DNA of 64,000 bases from an uncultured Campylobacter sp. (GCF_937981295.1 NZ_CALJPC010000095.1:10478-74477); one strand, 5' to 3'; positions 30,697-40,275 are shown, counted from the stretch's first letter. A program made the numbers and translations. Notes: generated by a model not told the origin, from the letters alone.

Positions 30697-32187
30697 ATGC
30701 AAAAGACCACGCAAGAGACCATAAATAACGTCGTTTGGAAGGCTTGCGACACGTTTCGCGGCACGATGGACGGAAGCGACTATAAAGACTATGTTTTAAC
30801 GATGCTTTTCGTCAAGTATCTATCTGATTTTTACAAAGAAAAGCTGGGGCAGCTAAGAGCCGAGTATGGCGACAAGCGTAAAAGGATCGAAGCGAAGCTA
30901 AAGAAAGAGAAATTTAAGCTTGATGAGAGTTGCACATTTGAGTATCTTTTGGCGCACAAAGAGGCGGTAAATTTAGGCGAGATAATGAATAAAACGCTAG
31001 AAAAGATCGAAGAGGACAACAAAGACAAGCTTGAAGGCATCTTTAGGAGCATAGACTTTAACAACAAAAACAAGCTTGGCGACACGAAAGAGAGAAACGC
31101 CATCTTGCAAAATTTGCTAGAGGATTTTAGCGATAGCAGGCTAGACCTTCGTCCGTCTATGCTTGAGGGTAACGACATAATCGGCGACGCATACGAGTAT
31201 CTCATAGCTCATTTTGCAAGCGATGCGGGCAAAAAAGGCGGAGAGTTTTACACGCCTAGCGAGGTTTCGACGCTTCTTGCGAAATTGGTCGAGCCAAAAG
31301 AGGGCGACATGATTTACGATCCTACTTGCGGTTCCGGCTCGCTTCTTATCAAGGCTTCAAAAGAGGTCGGTAGCAAAAATTTCCGTCTTTACGGACAGGA
31401 GAAAAACGGCCAAACTCACGCACTTTGTAAGATGAATATGTTCTTGCACGAGATAAACGACGCCGTTATCGAGTGGGGCGACACGATCAGAAACCCGCTC
31501 CACCTGCAAGATAACCTTATCAAAACATTTGACGTAGTTGTAGCAAACCCTCCATTTAGTCTAGATAAATGGGGCGCTGATTTTGCTGGGAGCGATCCTT
31601 TTATGAGATTTAGCGGCTATGCCTTGCCGCCAAAGAGCAAGGGCGACTACGCATTTGTCGTGCATATGATAAAAAGCCTAAATAAAAACGGCAAAATGGG
31701 CGTCGTGCTTCCGCACGGCGTGCTATTTCGCAGATCTAGCGAGGGCAAGATACGCCAAAAGCTGATCGAGGAAAATTTGCTTGACGCCGTTATCGGCCTA
31801 CCGGCAAATCTATTTTACGGCACGAGTATACCTGCTTGCATACTAGTTTTTAAGAAAAACCGCACAAACGAAGACGTGCTATTTATCGACGCTAGCAAAG
31901 AATTTGAAAAGGGCAAAAACCAAAACTCCCTAACCGCTCAAAATATCGACAAAATAATCTCCACCTATAAAAATAGAAGCGAGATAGAAAAATACTCTCA
32001 CCTAGCAAGCCTTAGCGAGATAAAAGATAACGACTACAACCTAAATATCCCTCGCTACGTCGATACTTTTGAAGAAGAAGAGGCTGTGGATATTGAGGCG
32101 ACTAAAAAAGAGATTTCACGCCTTGAAGCCGAGCTAAAAAGCGTTCAAAACAAGATGAGCGAGTATCTTGCGGAGCTTGGGTTATGA
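30697..32187 (+). CDS. hsdM: Type I RM methyltransferase subunit (m6A)
   Basis: WKACDTFRG, GGEFYTPSEV, DPTCGSGSLL (motif I), VANPPF (motif IV), YNLNIPRYVD. Confidence 0.97.
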   Translation: MQKTTQETINNVVWKACDTFRGTMDGSDYKDYVLTMLFVKYLSDFYKEKLGQLRAEYGDKRKRIEAKLKKEKFKLDESCTFEYLLAHKEAVNLGEIMNKTLEKIEEDNKDKLEGIFRSIDFNNKNKLGDTKERNAILQNLLEDFSDSRLDLRPSMLEGNDIIGDAYEYLIAHFASDAGKKGGEFYTPSEVSTLLAKLVEPKEGDMIYDPTCGSGSLLIKASKEVGSKNFRLYGQEKNGQTHALCKMNMFLHEINDAVIEWGDTIRNPLHLQDNLIKTFDVVVANPPFSLDKWGADFAGSDPFMRFSGYALPPKSKGDYAFVVHMIKSLNKNGKMGVVLPHGVLFRRSSEGKIRQKLIEENLLDAVIGLPANLFYGTSIPACILVFKKNRTNEDVLFIDASKEFEKGKNQNSLTAQNIDKIISTYKNRSEIEKYSHLASLSEIKDNDYNLNIPRYVDTFEEEEAVDIEATKKEISRLEAELKSVQNKMSEYLAELGL

Positions 32188-33167
32188 GCGATATAGTTAT
32201 ATACAAAACCGACAATTTAGACATAAAAGTCAAAGTATCAAACGAAAGCATTTGGCTCTCAGCCGCTCAAATATCTGAAATTTTTGGCGTAGGAAAATCC
32301 GCCATAAGCAAACACATAAAAAATATTTTGTTTGAAAAAGAGCTTGACGAAAAAGAAGTTGTTTCCATTTTGGAAACAACTGGAGCTGATGGCAAAAGAT
32401 ATCAAGTAAAATATTACAATCTAAAAATGATCATATCTATAGGATATCGTCTTAGAAACAGCGAGCAAGCGGTTCGTTTTAGGATCTGGGCTACTGGAAT
32501 TTTAAACGAATATCTAATCAAGGGCTTTGCTATGGATGATGAGCGACTAAAAAGCCCAGACCAACCGCTTAATGATTATTTTGATGAGCTACTTGAGCGC
32601 ATTAGAGATATCAGAGCTAGTGAGCGCAGGTTTTATCAAAAAGTAACAAACATTTACGCAAAATGCAGTATAGATTATGATCCAAATTCACAGATCACAA
32701 AGCAGTTTTACGCAAAAGTTCAAGATAAATTTCACTATGCCATGACCGGATTTACAGCGTGCGAGATAATATTTAAAAGAGCCGACGCAACTAAACCGAA
32801 TATGGGATTATTTAGCTTTAAAAATGCTCCGCTTGGCAAAATAAGAAAGTCTGATATATTGGTAGCTAAAAATTATCTTAGCGCAGACGAGCTAGATAGC
32901 TACAACAGAATAGTAGAGATGTATCTAAATTTCGCCGAATTTCAAGCGAAAAATAAAAAAACCATGACGCAAAAAGAGTGGATAAAAAAGCTGGATGATT
33001 TTTTAAACCTCAATGAAAAAGAGATATTAGATAATAACGGCTCAATAAGTAGAGAGAGTGCCGAAAAACATGCATTAGAGGAGTTTGAAAAATTTAAAAA
33101 AATGCAAGACAAATGCGATATTTCTGACTTTGATAAATTTGTTAAAAAACTAGAGAGTAGAAAATGA
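32184..33167 (+). CDS. RhuM family protein (putative DNA-binding)
   Basis: IWLSAAQISEIFG..AISKHIKNI, YYNLKMIISIGYR, FRIWAT, GFAMDDERLK, YFDELLERIRDIRASERRFYQK. Confidence 0.9.
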   Translation: MSDIVIYKTDNLDIKVKVSNESIWLSAAQISEIFGVGKSAISKHIKNILFEKELDEKEVVSILETTGADGKRYQVKYYNLKMIISIGYRLRNSEQAVRFRIWATGILNEYLIKGFAMDDERLKSPDQPLNDYFDELLERIRDIRASERRFYQKVTNIYAKCSIDYDPNSQITKQFYAKVQDKFHYAMTGFTACEIIFKRADATKPNMGLFSFKNAPLGKIRKSDILVAKNYLSADELDSYNRIVEMYLNFAEFQAKNKKTMTQKEWIKKLDDFLNLNEKEILDNNGSISRESAEKHALEEFEKFKKMQDKCDISDFDKFVKKLESRK

Positions 33168-34288
33168 AAAGCGAATTTAAAAATTTACCGAGTGGGTGGA
33201 GGGTTGTGAAGCTTGAAAAGGTTGCGCCATTACAAAGAGGATATGATTTGCCAACCGATAATATTAAAGAAGGTTTATATCCAGTAGTATATTCTAACGG
33301 CATATTGAGATTTCATAATGAATTTAAAGCTAAAGCCCCAGGCGTTATAACTGGGAGATCTGGGACTATTGGAAAAGTAGTATATGTTGAGGAGGATTAT
33401 TGGCCACATAATACTTCGCTGTGGGTTACAAATTTTTACGACAATAACCCCAAATTTATCTACTATATGTATATCACCCTTAATTTAGCAAGATTTAGTG
33501 CTGGTTCCGGCGTTCCAACATTAAACAGAAATGATATACATGCACAAACAATCCCGCTTCCGCCATTAGACGAGCAAGAAAAGATAGCGGAAATTTTATC
33601 TACTTGGGATGAGGCTATAAATTTAACTATAAATTTGATAGAAAACAAAAAGCGGTTTAAAAAAGCTCTTATGCAAATTTTACTTACAGCCAAAATCCGC
33701 TTTCCTGAGTTCAAAGACGAGTGGAAAGAAACAAAACTTGGAAAATGTTTAAAAGAAAAAAGTGATCGAAATACTAAAAATATTGATTTGGTTTTAAGTG
33801 TAACAAATAAATTTGGATTTGTAACTCAAGTTGAGTATTTTGATAAAAGCGTTGCTAGTGACAATATGACAAATTATAAAATCGTTAAAAAGGGAAATTT
33901 TGCCTACAACCCTTCGAGAATAAATGTCGGTTCTATTGCTTTACTGGAAAGCTATGAAATCGGAATTCTGAGTCCTATGTATGTTGTTTTTGAGTGCCTG
34001 AAAAATTCAGATAATCGTTTTTTAAAATTTTGGTTTCAAAGCCATAATTTTATTGGTAATTTATATAAATATTTAGCTGGAAGCGTTAGGAAAAGTTTGA
34101 ATTTTAAAGATATGAAAACAATCTCAATAAAACTCCCAAATTTAAACGAGCAACAAAAAATCGCAGAGGTTTTGGCGGCTTGCGATGACGAGATAAATTT
34201 ACTAAATTTAAAGCTAGAAAATTTAAAAAAACAAAAACAAGGCTTGATGCAAAAACTACTAAGCGGAAAGATAAGGGTAAGAATATGA
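33164..34288 (+). CDS. hsdS: Type I RM specificity subunit (two TRDs)
   Basis: LPSGW, PLPPLDEQEKIAEIL, LPNLNEQQKIAEVL, KQGLMQKLLSGKIRV. Confidence 0.95.
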   Translation: MKSEFKNLPSGWRVVKLEKVAPLQRGYDLPTDNIKEGLYPVVYSNGILRFHNEFKAKAPGVITGRSGTIGKVVYVEEDYWPHNTSLWVTNFYDNNPKFIYYMYITLNLARFSAGSGVPTLNRNDIHAQTIPLPPLDEQEKIAEILSTWDEAINLTINLIENKKRFKKALMQILLTAKIRFPEFKDEWKETKLGKCLKEKSDRNTKNIDLVLSVTNKFGFVTQVEYFDKSVASDNMTNYKIVKKGNFAYNPSRINVGSIALLESYEIGILSPMYVVFECLKNSDNRFLKFWFQSHNFIGNLYKYLAGSVRKSLNFKDMKTISIKLPNLNEQQKIAEVLAACDDEINLLNLKLENLKKQKQGLMQKLLSGKIRVRI

Positions 34289-34297
34289 GCAGTAGAT

Positions 34298-35326
34298 TTG
34301 TTGGATTTTAATGATGTAAAGAAGCAAATTCTAGAGGATAAAAATAGGCATTTGCTTTTGGGTAATGGATTTAGCATGGCATATGACATCAAAAGATTTT
34401 CTTTTACTAGTTTGTTACAAAGTGCCGTAGACAAGAAGCTTATAAAAGAAACGGACTCTATGTATAAAGTGTTTGAAGAATTTAATACTAAAGATTTTGA
34501 GGAGGTCATTAAATTACTAGAAACTTCTGTTAGGGTGTTAAAGCATTATGGTATTGTAGGGGAGGAAGATGAGCAAAAAATATTAAATGATTCAGGTTCT
34601 CTAAAAAATCATTTGGTTGAAATCATAACAAATAACCACCAAGAAAAGATTACAAATATAACCGACGCTGAATTTGAAAATAGTATAAATTTTATAAAGG
34701 ATTTTAAATCTATATATACTCTAAATTATGATTTATTGTTATATTGGACTTGCATGAAATTAAAAGCGCTTGTAGACAATGAAAAAATAAAAGACTCTAG
34801 TCTCGTGGTAAGTGATGGCTTTTGCAGCTCTGGTAATAATGGAGACGACTATGTCATTTACGCAAATGATAGTAGTGTGAAGCAAAATATTTTCTTTTTA
34901 CATGGTGGGCTGCATATATTTGATAAACAAAATGAGATTATAAAAAATACGTATTGCAGAACCGACAAACCACTTAAAGAGCAAACACTAGAAAATTTAG
35001 ATAAAAATATATATCCTATTTTTGTTTCAGAAGGAACTAGTGAACAAAAGAAAGCAAAAATCATACACAATGCCTATTTAAACCATTGTTATAAAAGCTT
35101 ATCAAAAATTAGTGGAAGTCTTGTAATTTTTGGAACAATGTTAAAAAATGGAGACGAACATATTAGGGAGGCAATAATAAGAAGCAAAGTAAAAAATATC
35201 TATATTGGAATTTCAAATGAAAGTGCAATTAATAATTTTGATGATTTTATAGATAAATGCACTCATTTAAAAGATAAAAAAGAAGTAAAATTCTATAACT
35301 ATAAGACAGCAAAAGTTTGGAGATGA
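34298..35326 (+). CDS. DUF4917 family protein (SIR2-like motifs)
   Basis: HLLLGNGFSMAY, YTLNYDLLLYW, DGF, FLHGGLHIF, PIFVSEGTSEQK, AYLNHCY, LVIFG; start uncertain (TTG). Confidence 0.78.
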   Translation: MLDFNDVKKQILEDKNRHLLLGNGFSMAYDIKRFSFTSLLQSAVDKKLIKETDSMYKVFEEFNTKDFEEVIKLLETSVRVLKHYGIVGEEDEQKILNDSGSLKNHLVEIITNNHQEKITNITDAEFENSINFIKDFKSIYTLNYDLLLYWTCMKLKALVDNEKIKDSSLVVSDGFCSSGNNGDDYVIYANDSSVKQNIFFLHGGLHIFDKQNEIIKNTYCRTDKPLKEQTLENLDKNIYPIFVSEGTSEQKKAKIIHNAYLNHCYKSLSKISGSLVIFGTMLKNGDEHIREAIIRSKVKNIYIGISNESAINNFDDFIDKCTHLKDKKEVKFYNYKTAKVWR

Positions 35327-35329
35327 AAT

Positions 35330-38300
35330 ATGACCCCCGATACTTCAGAAAACAAAATCCAGCAAAACAGCATAAATTTACTTCAAAGCTTGGGCTATAA
35401 ATTTATAAGTAGGGAGGAAAATTTAAAGCTTCGCGGCGGTAAAACAAGCGAGGTTTTGTTTAGAGAAATTTTAACCAAAAAGCTTAGTGGGATAAATGGC
35501 TACGAGTATAAGGGCAAGAGATATGAATTTAGCCAAAGTAACGTTTTAAAGGCGGTCGATGAGCTAGCGGGAGTGTCTTTAAACGAAGGGCTAATGATCG
35601 CAAATGAAAGGATCACGAATTTGCTATTGCTCGGCACCAGTTTAGAAGAAAATTTAGAAGACGGCACAAAAAGGAGCTTCTCTTTTAAATTTATAGACTT
35701 TGAAAATTTACAAAACAACGACTTTTACGTAACGGAAGAATTTGAAGTAAGCAGGGCAAATCAAAGCGATAGCGCAAAAAACAGAAGGCCTGATCTCGTA
35801 CTTTTTATAAACGGCATACCAATAGTCGTGATCGAGCTTAAAAAATCAAGCGTGAGCCTTGAAAACGGCATAAAGCAGCTAGAAAAAGAGCAGGGCAAAG
35901 ATGAGATAGCGCACCTTTTTAAATACATCCAGCTAACTATCGCGGCAAATGGAAGTGGGGCAAGATATGGCACAACTGGCACGCCGTTTAAATTTTATAG
36001 CGTGTGGAAAGAGCAAAACGGAGCAAATGAGAGCCTAAAGGACGCGATAAAAGATAGAAAGATATGTGCTCTTGATACTACGCTCTTTTCGCTGTTGTCT
36101 AAAGATAGGCTACTAAGGCTAATTAGGCACTATATATTGTTTGATAAAAGGATGAAGAAAGTTTGCCGCTATCAGCAGTTTTTCGCTATCGAAGAGACGC
36201 TAAAGAGGGTATCAGCGAAAAAAGAGGGCGCAAGAGTGGGCGGACTCATCTGGCACACGCAAGGAAGCGGCAAGTCGCTCACTATGGTAATGCTAGCAAA
36301 GCTTTTAAAGCAAATTTATCCAAACTCAAAGGTTGTCGTCGTAACCGACAGGATAGATCTAGATGAACAGATACACGAAACTTTTAAAAACACGGATATA
36401 AAGGCGGGGAGAGCAAGTAGCGGAAGCGATCTGATAGAAAAGCTACAAGGCGGGGTTAGCGTGATAACTACGCTCGTGCATAAATTTGAAAAAGTGCAAA
36501 GTCAAAAGGTAGTGATAAGAGATAGCGATATATTTGTGCTAGTGGATGAGAGCCACCGCACGCAAGGCGGCGATCTGCATAAGGCTATGAAAAAGGCGTT
36601 GCCTCTTGCTTGCTATATAGGATTTACCGGAACGCCGCTTTTAAAGCGCGAGAAAAATAGTTTTGCTAAATTTGGCGGAGAGATACATAGATATACGATA
36701 GACGATGCGGTCAAAGATGGTGCCGTTTTGCCGCTACTTTACGAGGGGCGATACGTCGGTCAAAAGGTGCTTGATGCTGATGGGCTAAGTAGGAAATTTG
36801 ATCTCATATCAAGAGAGCTAAGCGATGAGGCTAAAAGAGACCTGCAACAAAAGTGGGCGAGGTTTGAGCGTGTGGCGTCGAGCGAACAAAGGCTAGAGCT
36901 CATAGCGTTAGATATCAACGAGCATTTTAAAAAGAGTTTAAAGATGGCAAAAGGCGGCTTTAAAGCGATGTTAGCTACGCAAAGAAAATACGACGCCATA
37001 AAATATCATCAGATATTTGAAGAGTACGGAGAGATAAGAACTGCTTACGTGATCTCAAGCAACGAGCACGAGGAGCTTAAGGGTGGGCATAGAGAGTATG
37101 TCGCAAAGGCGTGGCAAGAGACGATAAAAGAGTACGGTAGCGAGGAGGTATATCTAAAATATGTCAAGAACGAATTCGTTTACGGCGACGAGATAGATCT
37201 GCTTATCGTCGTGGATAAGCTTTTAACGGGATTTGACGCGCCAAGAGCAAGCACGCTTTATATAGATAAACAGCTAAAAGAGCATAATCTGCTTCAGGCC
37301 ATAGCTAGGGTAAATAGGCTTTATGACGGAAAAGATTATGGCTATATTATTGATTATAGAGGGCTTTTAGGCGAGCTTGATGAAGCGCTTACTAGCTATG
37401 CGTCGCTAAGTGGTTTTGACCCGGAGGATCTAAGTGGAGCCGTGATAGACGTAAGAAGCGAGATAATAAAGGCAAAGACCTACTATACTCATTTAGACGG
37501 GCTTTTTAGCGATGTCAAATTTAAAGACGACTTAGAAAGCTATGTGGCGGTTTTAGAGGACGTGCAAAAAAGAGACGACTTTAAAGAGTGGCTGTCGCAG
37601 TTTGCTAGAGCTTTTAAACTAGCGCTTTCGAGTGAGAAAATTTGCGATATCTTAAGCGAAGAGGAGATAAAAGCTTATAAGCAAAAGGTTAAATTTTATA
37701 ACGAACTAAGAAAGACGGTGCAACTAAGATATCACGAGGCTTGCGATTTTGGTAAATACGAAGCGCAGATGCAAAAGCTACTTGATACTTATGTGAGCGC
37801 AAAAGAGGTCAATGAGCTTACGAAGCTCGTAAATATCTTTGAGACGGAATTTGATGATGAGGTGCAAAGAATCGAAGGCAAAAATGCAAAAGCCGATACG
37901 ATAATCAGTGCCGTAAGTGCGGTGGTAAAAGAAAAAATGGAGTCAAATCCGGCGTTTTATAAATCAATAGCCAAACAGATACAAGATGTCATCGACGAGT
38001 ATAAGGCTAAAAGACTTAGCGAAGAAGAAAAACTTGCCAAAGCAAAACAGTTAAAGGATCTGATAACAGGAGCTTTAAAACCAAACGAAGATAGATATCC
38101 AAAAGAGTTTAACGGCAAGAAAATTTTGTTTGCCATTTATGATAACTTGCTTGATATTTTAGGCAATGTGGAGCTTGAGGGTATAGAGTCGGTTGCTAAA
38201 AATTTGAGCGTGAAATTTTATGAAATTTACGAAGAGGCCTCAAAAAAACCAGAATGGCACAAAAATAAAGACGTAGAAAATGAGATAACAAGCGCGATGG

Positions 38301-38407
38301 AGGATGCTCTTTGGGACGTAGAGGATGAATACGGTGTTTCTATCGACGATAAAGAGAAAATTTATCAAACTATCCGTGGTATAGGGATAAGCTTTTATGC
38401 AAAGTGA
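35330..38407 (+). CDS. hsdR: Type I RM restriction subunit
   Basis: RRPDLVLFINGIPIVVIELK (PD-ExK), HTQGSGKS, DESHR, GFTGTP, LLTGFDAP, QAIARVNR. Confidence 0.97.
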   Translation: MTPDTSENKIQQNSINLLQSLGYKFISREENLKLRGGKTSEVLFREILTKKLSGINGYEYKGKRYEFSQSNVLKAVDELAGVSLNEGLMIANERITNLLLLGTSLEENLEDGTKRSFSFKFIDFENLQNNDFYVTEEFEVSRANQSDSAKNRRPDLVLFINGIPIVVIELKKSSVSLENGIKQLEKEQGKDEIAHLFKYIQLTIAANGSGARYGTTGTPFKFYSVWKEQNGANESLKDAIKDRKICALDTTLFSLLSKDRLLRLIRHYILFDKRMKKVCRYQQFFAIEETLKRVSAKKEGARVGGLIWHTQGSGKSLTMVMLAKLLKQIYPNSKVVVVTDRIDLDEQIHETFKNTDIKAGRASSGSDLIEKLQGGVSVITTLVHKFEKVQSQKVVIRDSDIFVLVDESHRTQGGDLHKAMKKALPLACYIGFTGTPLLKREKNSFAKFGGEIHRYTIDDAVKDGAVLPLLYEGRYVGQKVLDADGLSRKFDLISRELSDEAKRDLQQKWARFERVASSEQRLELIALDINEHFKKSLKMAKGGFKAMLATQRKYDAIKYHQIFEEYGEIRTAYVISSNEHEELKGGHREYVAKAWQETIKEYGSEEVYLKYVKNEFVYGDEIDLLIVVDKLLTGFDAPRASTLYIDKQLKEHNLLQAIARVNRLYDGKDYGYIIDYRGLLGELDEALTSYASLSGFDPEDLSGAVIDVRSEIIKAKTYYTHLDGLFSDVKFKDDLESYVAVLEDVQKRDDFKEWLSQFARAFKLALSSEKICDILSEEEIKAYKQKVKFYNELRKTVQLRYHEACDFGKYEAQMQKLLDTYVSAKEVNELTKLVNIFETEFDDEVQRIEGKNAKADTIISAVSAVVKEKMESNPAFYKSIAKQIQDVIDEYKAKRLSEEEKLAKAKQLKDLITGALKPNEDRYPKEFNGKKILFAIYDNLLDILGNVELEGIESVAKNLSVKFYEIYEEASKKPEWHKNKDVENEITSAMEDALWDVEDEYGVSIDDKEKIYQTIRGIGISFYAK

Positions 38408-39059
38408 CGTAAAAATCATCAAAAAAGATGTAAAAAATATCACTTTAAAAGTTAGACCAAACGGCGAAGCGATACTAACCGCGCCAAATTCAGCAAGCGA
38501 TGAGCATATAAAATTTATCATGCAAAAAAGAGCCAAGTGGATATCGCAAAAACGGGCGTTTTTTGCTTCGTTTAAGACGCCGCAAAAAGAGTATGTAAGC
38601 GGTGAGGATTTTAGGTATCTTGGGCGAAGCTACCGGTTAAAAGTGGTGCAGTCTAAGGAGGAGCGCGTAAAGCTACAAAGAGGTTATCTGGAGCTATTTG
38701 TAAAAGATAAAAGCGACCTAAAGCGAAAAGAAAATTTGATTTATGAGTGGTATCATGAAAAGGCGATGCTATATTTTTTTAACATCTTGCAAGAGTTTAA
38801 CAAGATAGTAAAGCAAGATATCAAAAGCGTAAAAATAAGGCAGATGAAAACAAGATGGGGAAGCTGCAATCCCTATAAGTCATATATAAATTTAAACATA
38901 GAGCTCATCAAAAAACCAAAAGCGTGCATCGAATATGTAGTTTTTCATGAACTTGTTCATTTGGTGCACCCAAGTCACTCCAAACAATTTTACGATTATT
39001 TGTTTCTTTATATGAGTGACTGGGAAAAGCGTAAGAAAATTTTAGAGCGCTCCCTCTGA
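38397..39059 (+). CDS. YgjP/DUF45 (M48/SprT-like) zinc metallohydrolase
   Basis: YVSGEDFRYLG, MKTRWGSC, EYVVFHELVHL.H..H. Confidence 0.9.
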   Translation: MQSDVKIIKKDVKNITLKVRPNGEAILTAPNSASDEHIKFIMQKRAKWISQKRAFFASFKTPQKEYVSGEDFRYLGRSYRLKVVQSKEERVKLQRGYLELFVKDKSDLKRKENLIYEWYHEKAMLYFFNILQEFNKIVKQDIKSVKIRQMKTRWGSCNPYKSYINLNIELIKKPKACIEYVVFHELVHLVHPSHSKQFYDYLFLYMSDWEKRKKILERSL

Positions 39060-39090
39060 TATATAAATATTGCGAAAAAATAATGTTATG

Positions 39091-39130
39091 GATTTAGGCT
39101 TTTGAAATTTTACTTTAAAAGCCTAAATTC
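39091..39130. terminator. Probable bidirectional terminator between RM operon and rhodanese gene
   Basis: ATTTAGGCTTTT...AAAAGCCTAAAT inverted repeat between convergent genes. Confidence 0.65.
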
Positions 39131-39134
39131 TAAT

Positions 39135-39848
39135 TTACTTCACCAACTCGTAATTATACTCTTTCGTGCCGTCGAGTAGATTTGTAACGTTGTAGCCTCG
39201 CTCGTTTAGGGCTTTGGCTAGCTTGGCGCTGCGGTTGCCGCTGTAGCAGTGCGTGATTATCCTTTTGTCTTTGTTGGCCTCAAGCACGTCCTTGTAGTTT
39301 TCCAAAGGCTCGCCGTATGGGATATTTATCGCGCCCTTCATATGCCCCGCGTCGTAGTCCTGCTTCTGCCTAGCATCGATGATCAGCACATTCGGCTCAT
39401 TTGCTATTTTCAAAAATCCCTCCGCGTTTATGCTGCCGACCTTATACAGCTCATAGTTATACTGCTTCACGCCTGGCGCATTCATAAGCATACTAAAGCC
39501 CTTTTGTTTAAGCAGATCAAGCGCCTTGCCGCTGCGGTTGCCGGTGTTGCAATAAAGCACGACATTTCTATCCTTGTAGGCGCTTATCTCGTCCAGCCTG
39601 CTTTCAAGCTCTCCGAGCGGGATGTTGATCGCGTGCTTTAGGTGACCTGCAGCATATTCCTCCGCGCTTCTAACGTCGATGACTAGATAATTTTCTTTAG
39701 CCCTATTGTCCTCCTCTATCGCCGATAGCGCTACGCCGCTTATGGCGTGGCCGCTAGGCTGCTGCGTCTCGGCGCCGCAAGTCGCAAAAGATCCCAATGC
39801 TGCCAGCAAAACCGCGCTTTTTAAAATTTTGTGAGAAATAAATTTCAT
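39135..39848 (-). CDS. Exported tandem rhodanese-domain protein
   Basis: Signal-like N-terminus; two domains IDVR..GHLKHAINIP..YCNTGNRS and IDAR..GHMKGAINIP..HCYSGNRS. Confidence 0.9.
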   Translation of the reverse strand: MKFISHKILKSAVLLAALGSFATCGAETQQPSGHAISGVALSAIEEDNRAKENYLVIDVRSAEEYAAGHLKHAINIPLGELESRLDEISAYKDRNVVLYCNTGNRSGKALDLLKQKGFSMLMNAPGVKQYNYELYKVGSINAEGFLKIANEPNVLIIDARQKQDYDAGHMKGAINIPYGEPLENYKDVLEANKDKRIITHCYSGNRSAKLAKALNERGYNVTNLLDGTKEYNYELVK

Positions 39849-40198
39849 ATGTTTCCTTTAAATTTTAGCTTTTAAAGCGGGGGGATTATATCAAAAAATT
39901 TAGCTAAATAGTGTGAATCTGCGCGGAATGTGATAGGTTATGCTGATACGGATTACCGATGTGAAAACGCGAAAGAGACTCGAATAAAAAACTTTTGCCA
40001 AAATATCTTAAAGGCTCGTAGGTAAAGATACTTTGCGTAAATTTATCTTTTAGAGACGGAGCAACAAATTCAAAAAAACTCACATTTGCCCGAAGGTAAA
40101 TTTTATGCTTTTGCTAATTTTCATTATTTTTCAAGTATAAGTAAGATATAATCTCGAACTTTTTGGGGCGCCGTTGCGGCTCTTAAAGGGATTAAAGA

Positions 40199-40275
40199 TG
40201 GTGTCAAGAGAGAGACTTGAACTCTCGACCTCCGGCTTATGAGACCAGCGCTCTAACCAGCTGAGCTACCTTGAC
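40199..40275 (-). tRNA. tRNA with CAT anticodon (elongator Met or lysidine Ile2; not initiator)
   Basis: GTCAAGG...TCTTGAC-ACCA, anticodon loop CTCATAA, T-loop TTCAAGT; paired G1-C72, no 3 G-C pairs in anticodon stem. Confidence 0.93.

Noticed and set aside
30111..34288. hsdS shufflon (invertible TRDs)
   Set aside because: Both S genes are co-oriented; no recombinase or inverted repeats seen.
39879..39884. G6 tract upstream of the rhodanese gene as a phase-variation site
   Set aside because: Shorter than the G8 or longer tracts typical of Campylobacter phase variation.
29900..40275. RM operon as an island integrated at the CAT tRNA
   Set aside because: No integrase and no duplicated tRNA 3' end seen; a rhodanese gene intervenes.
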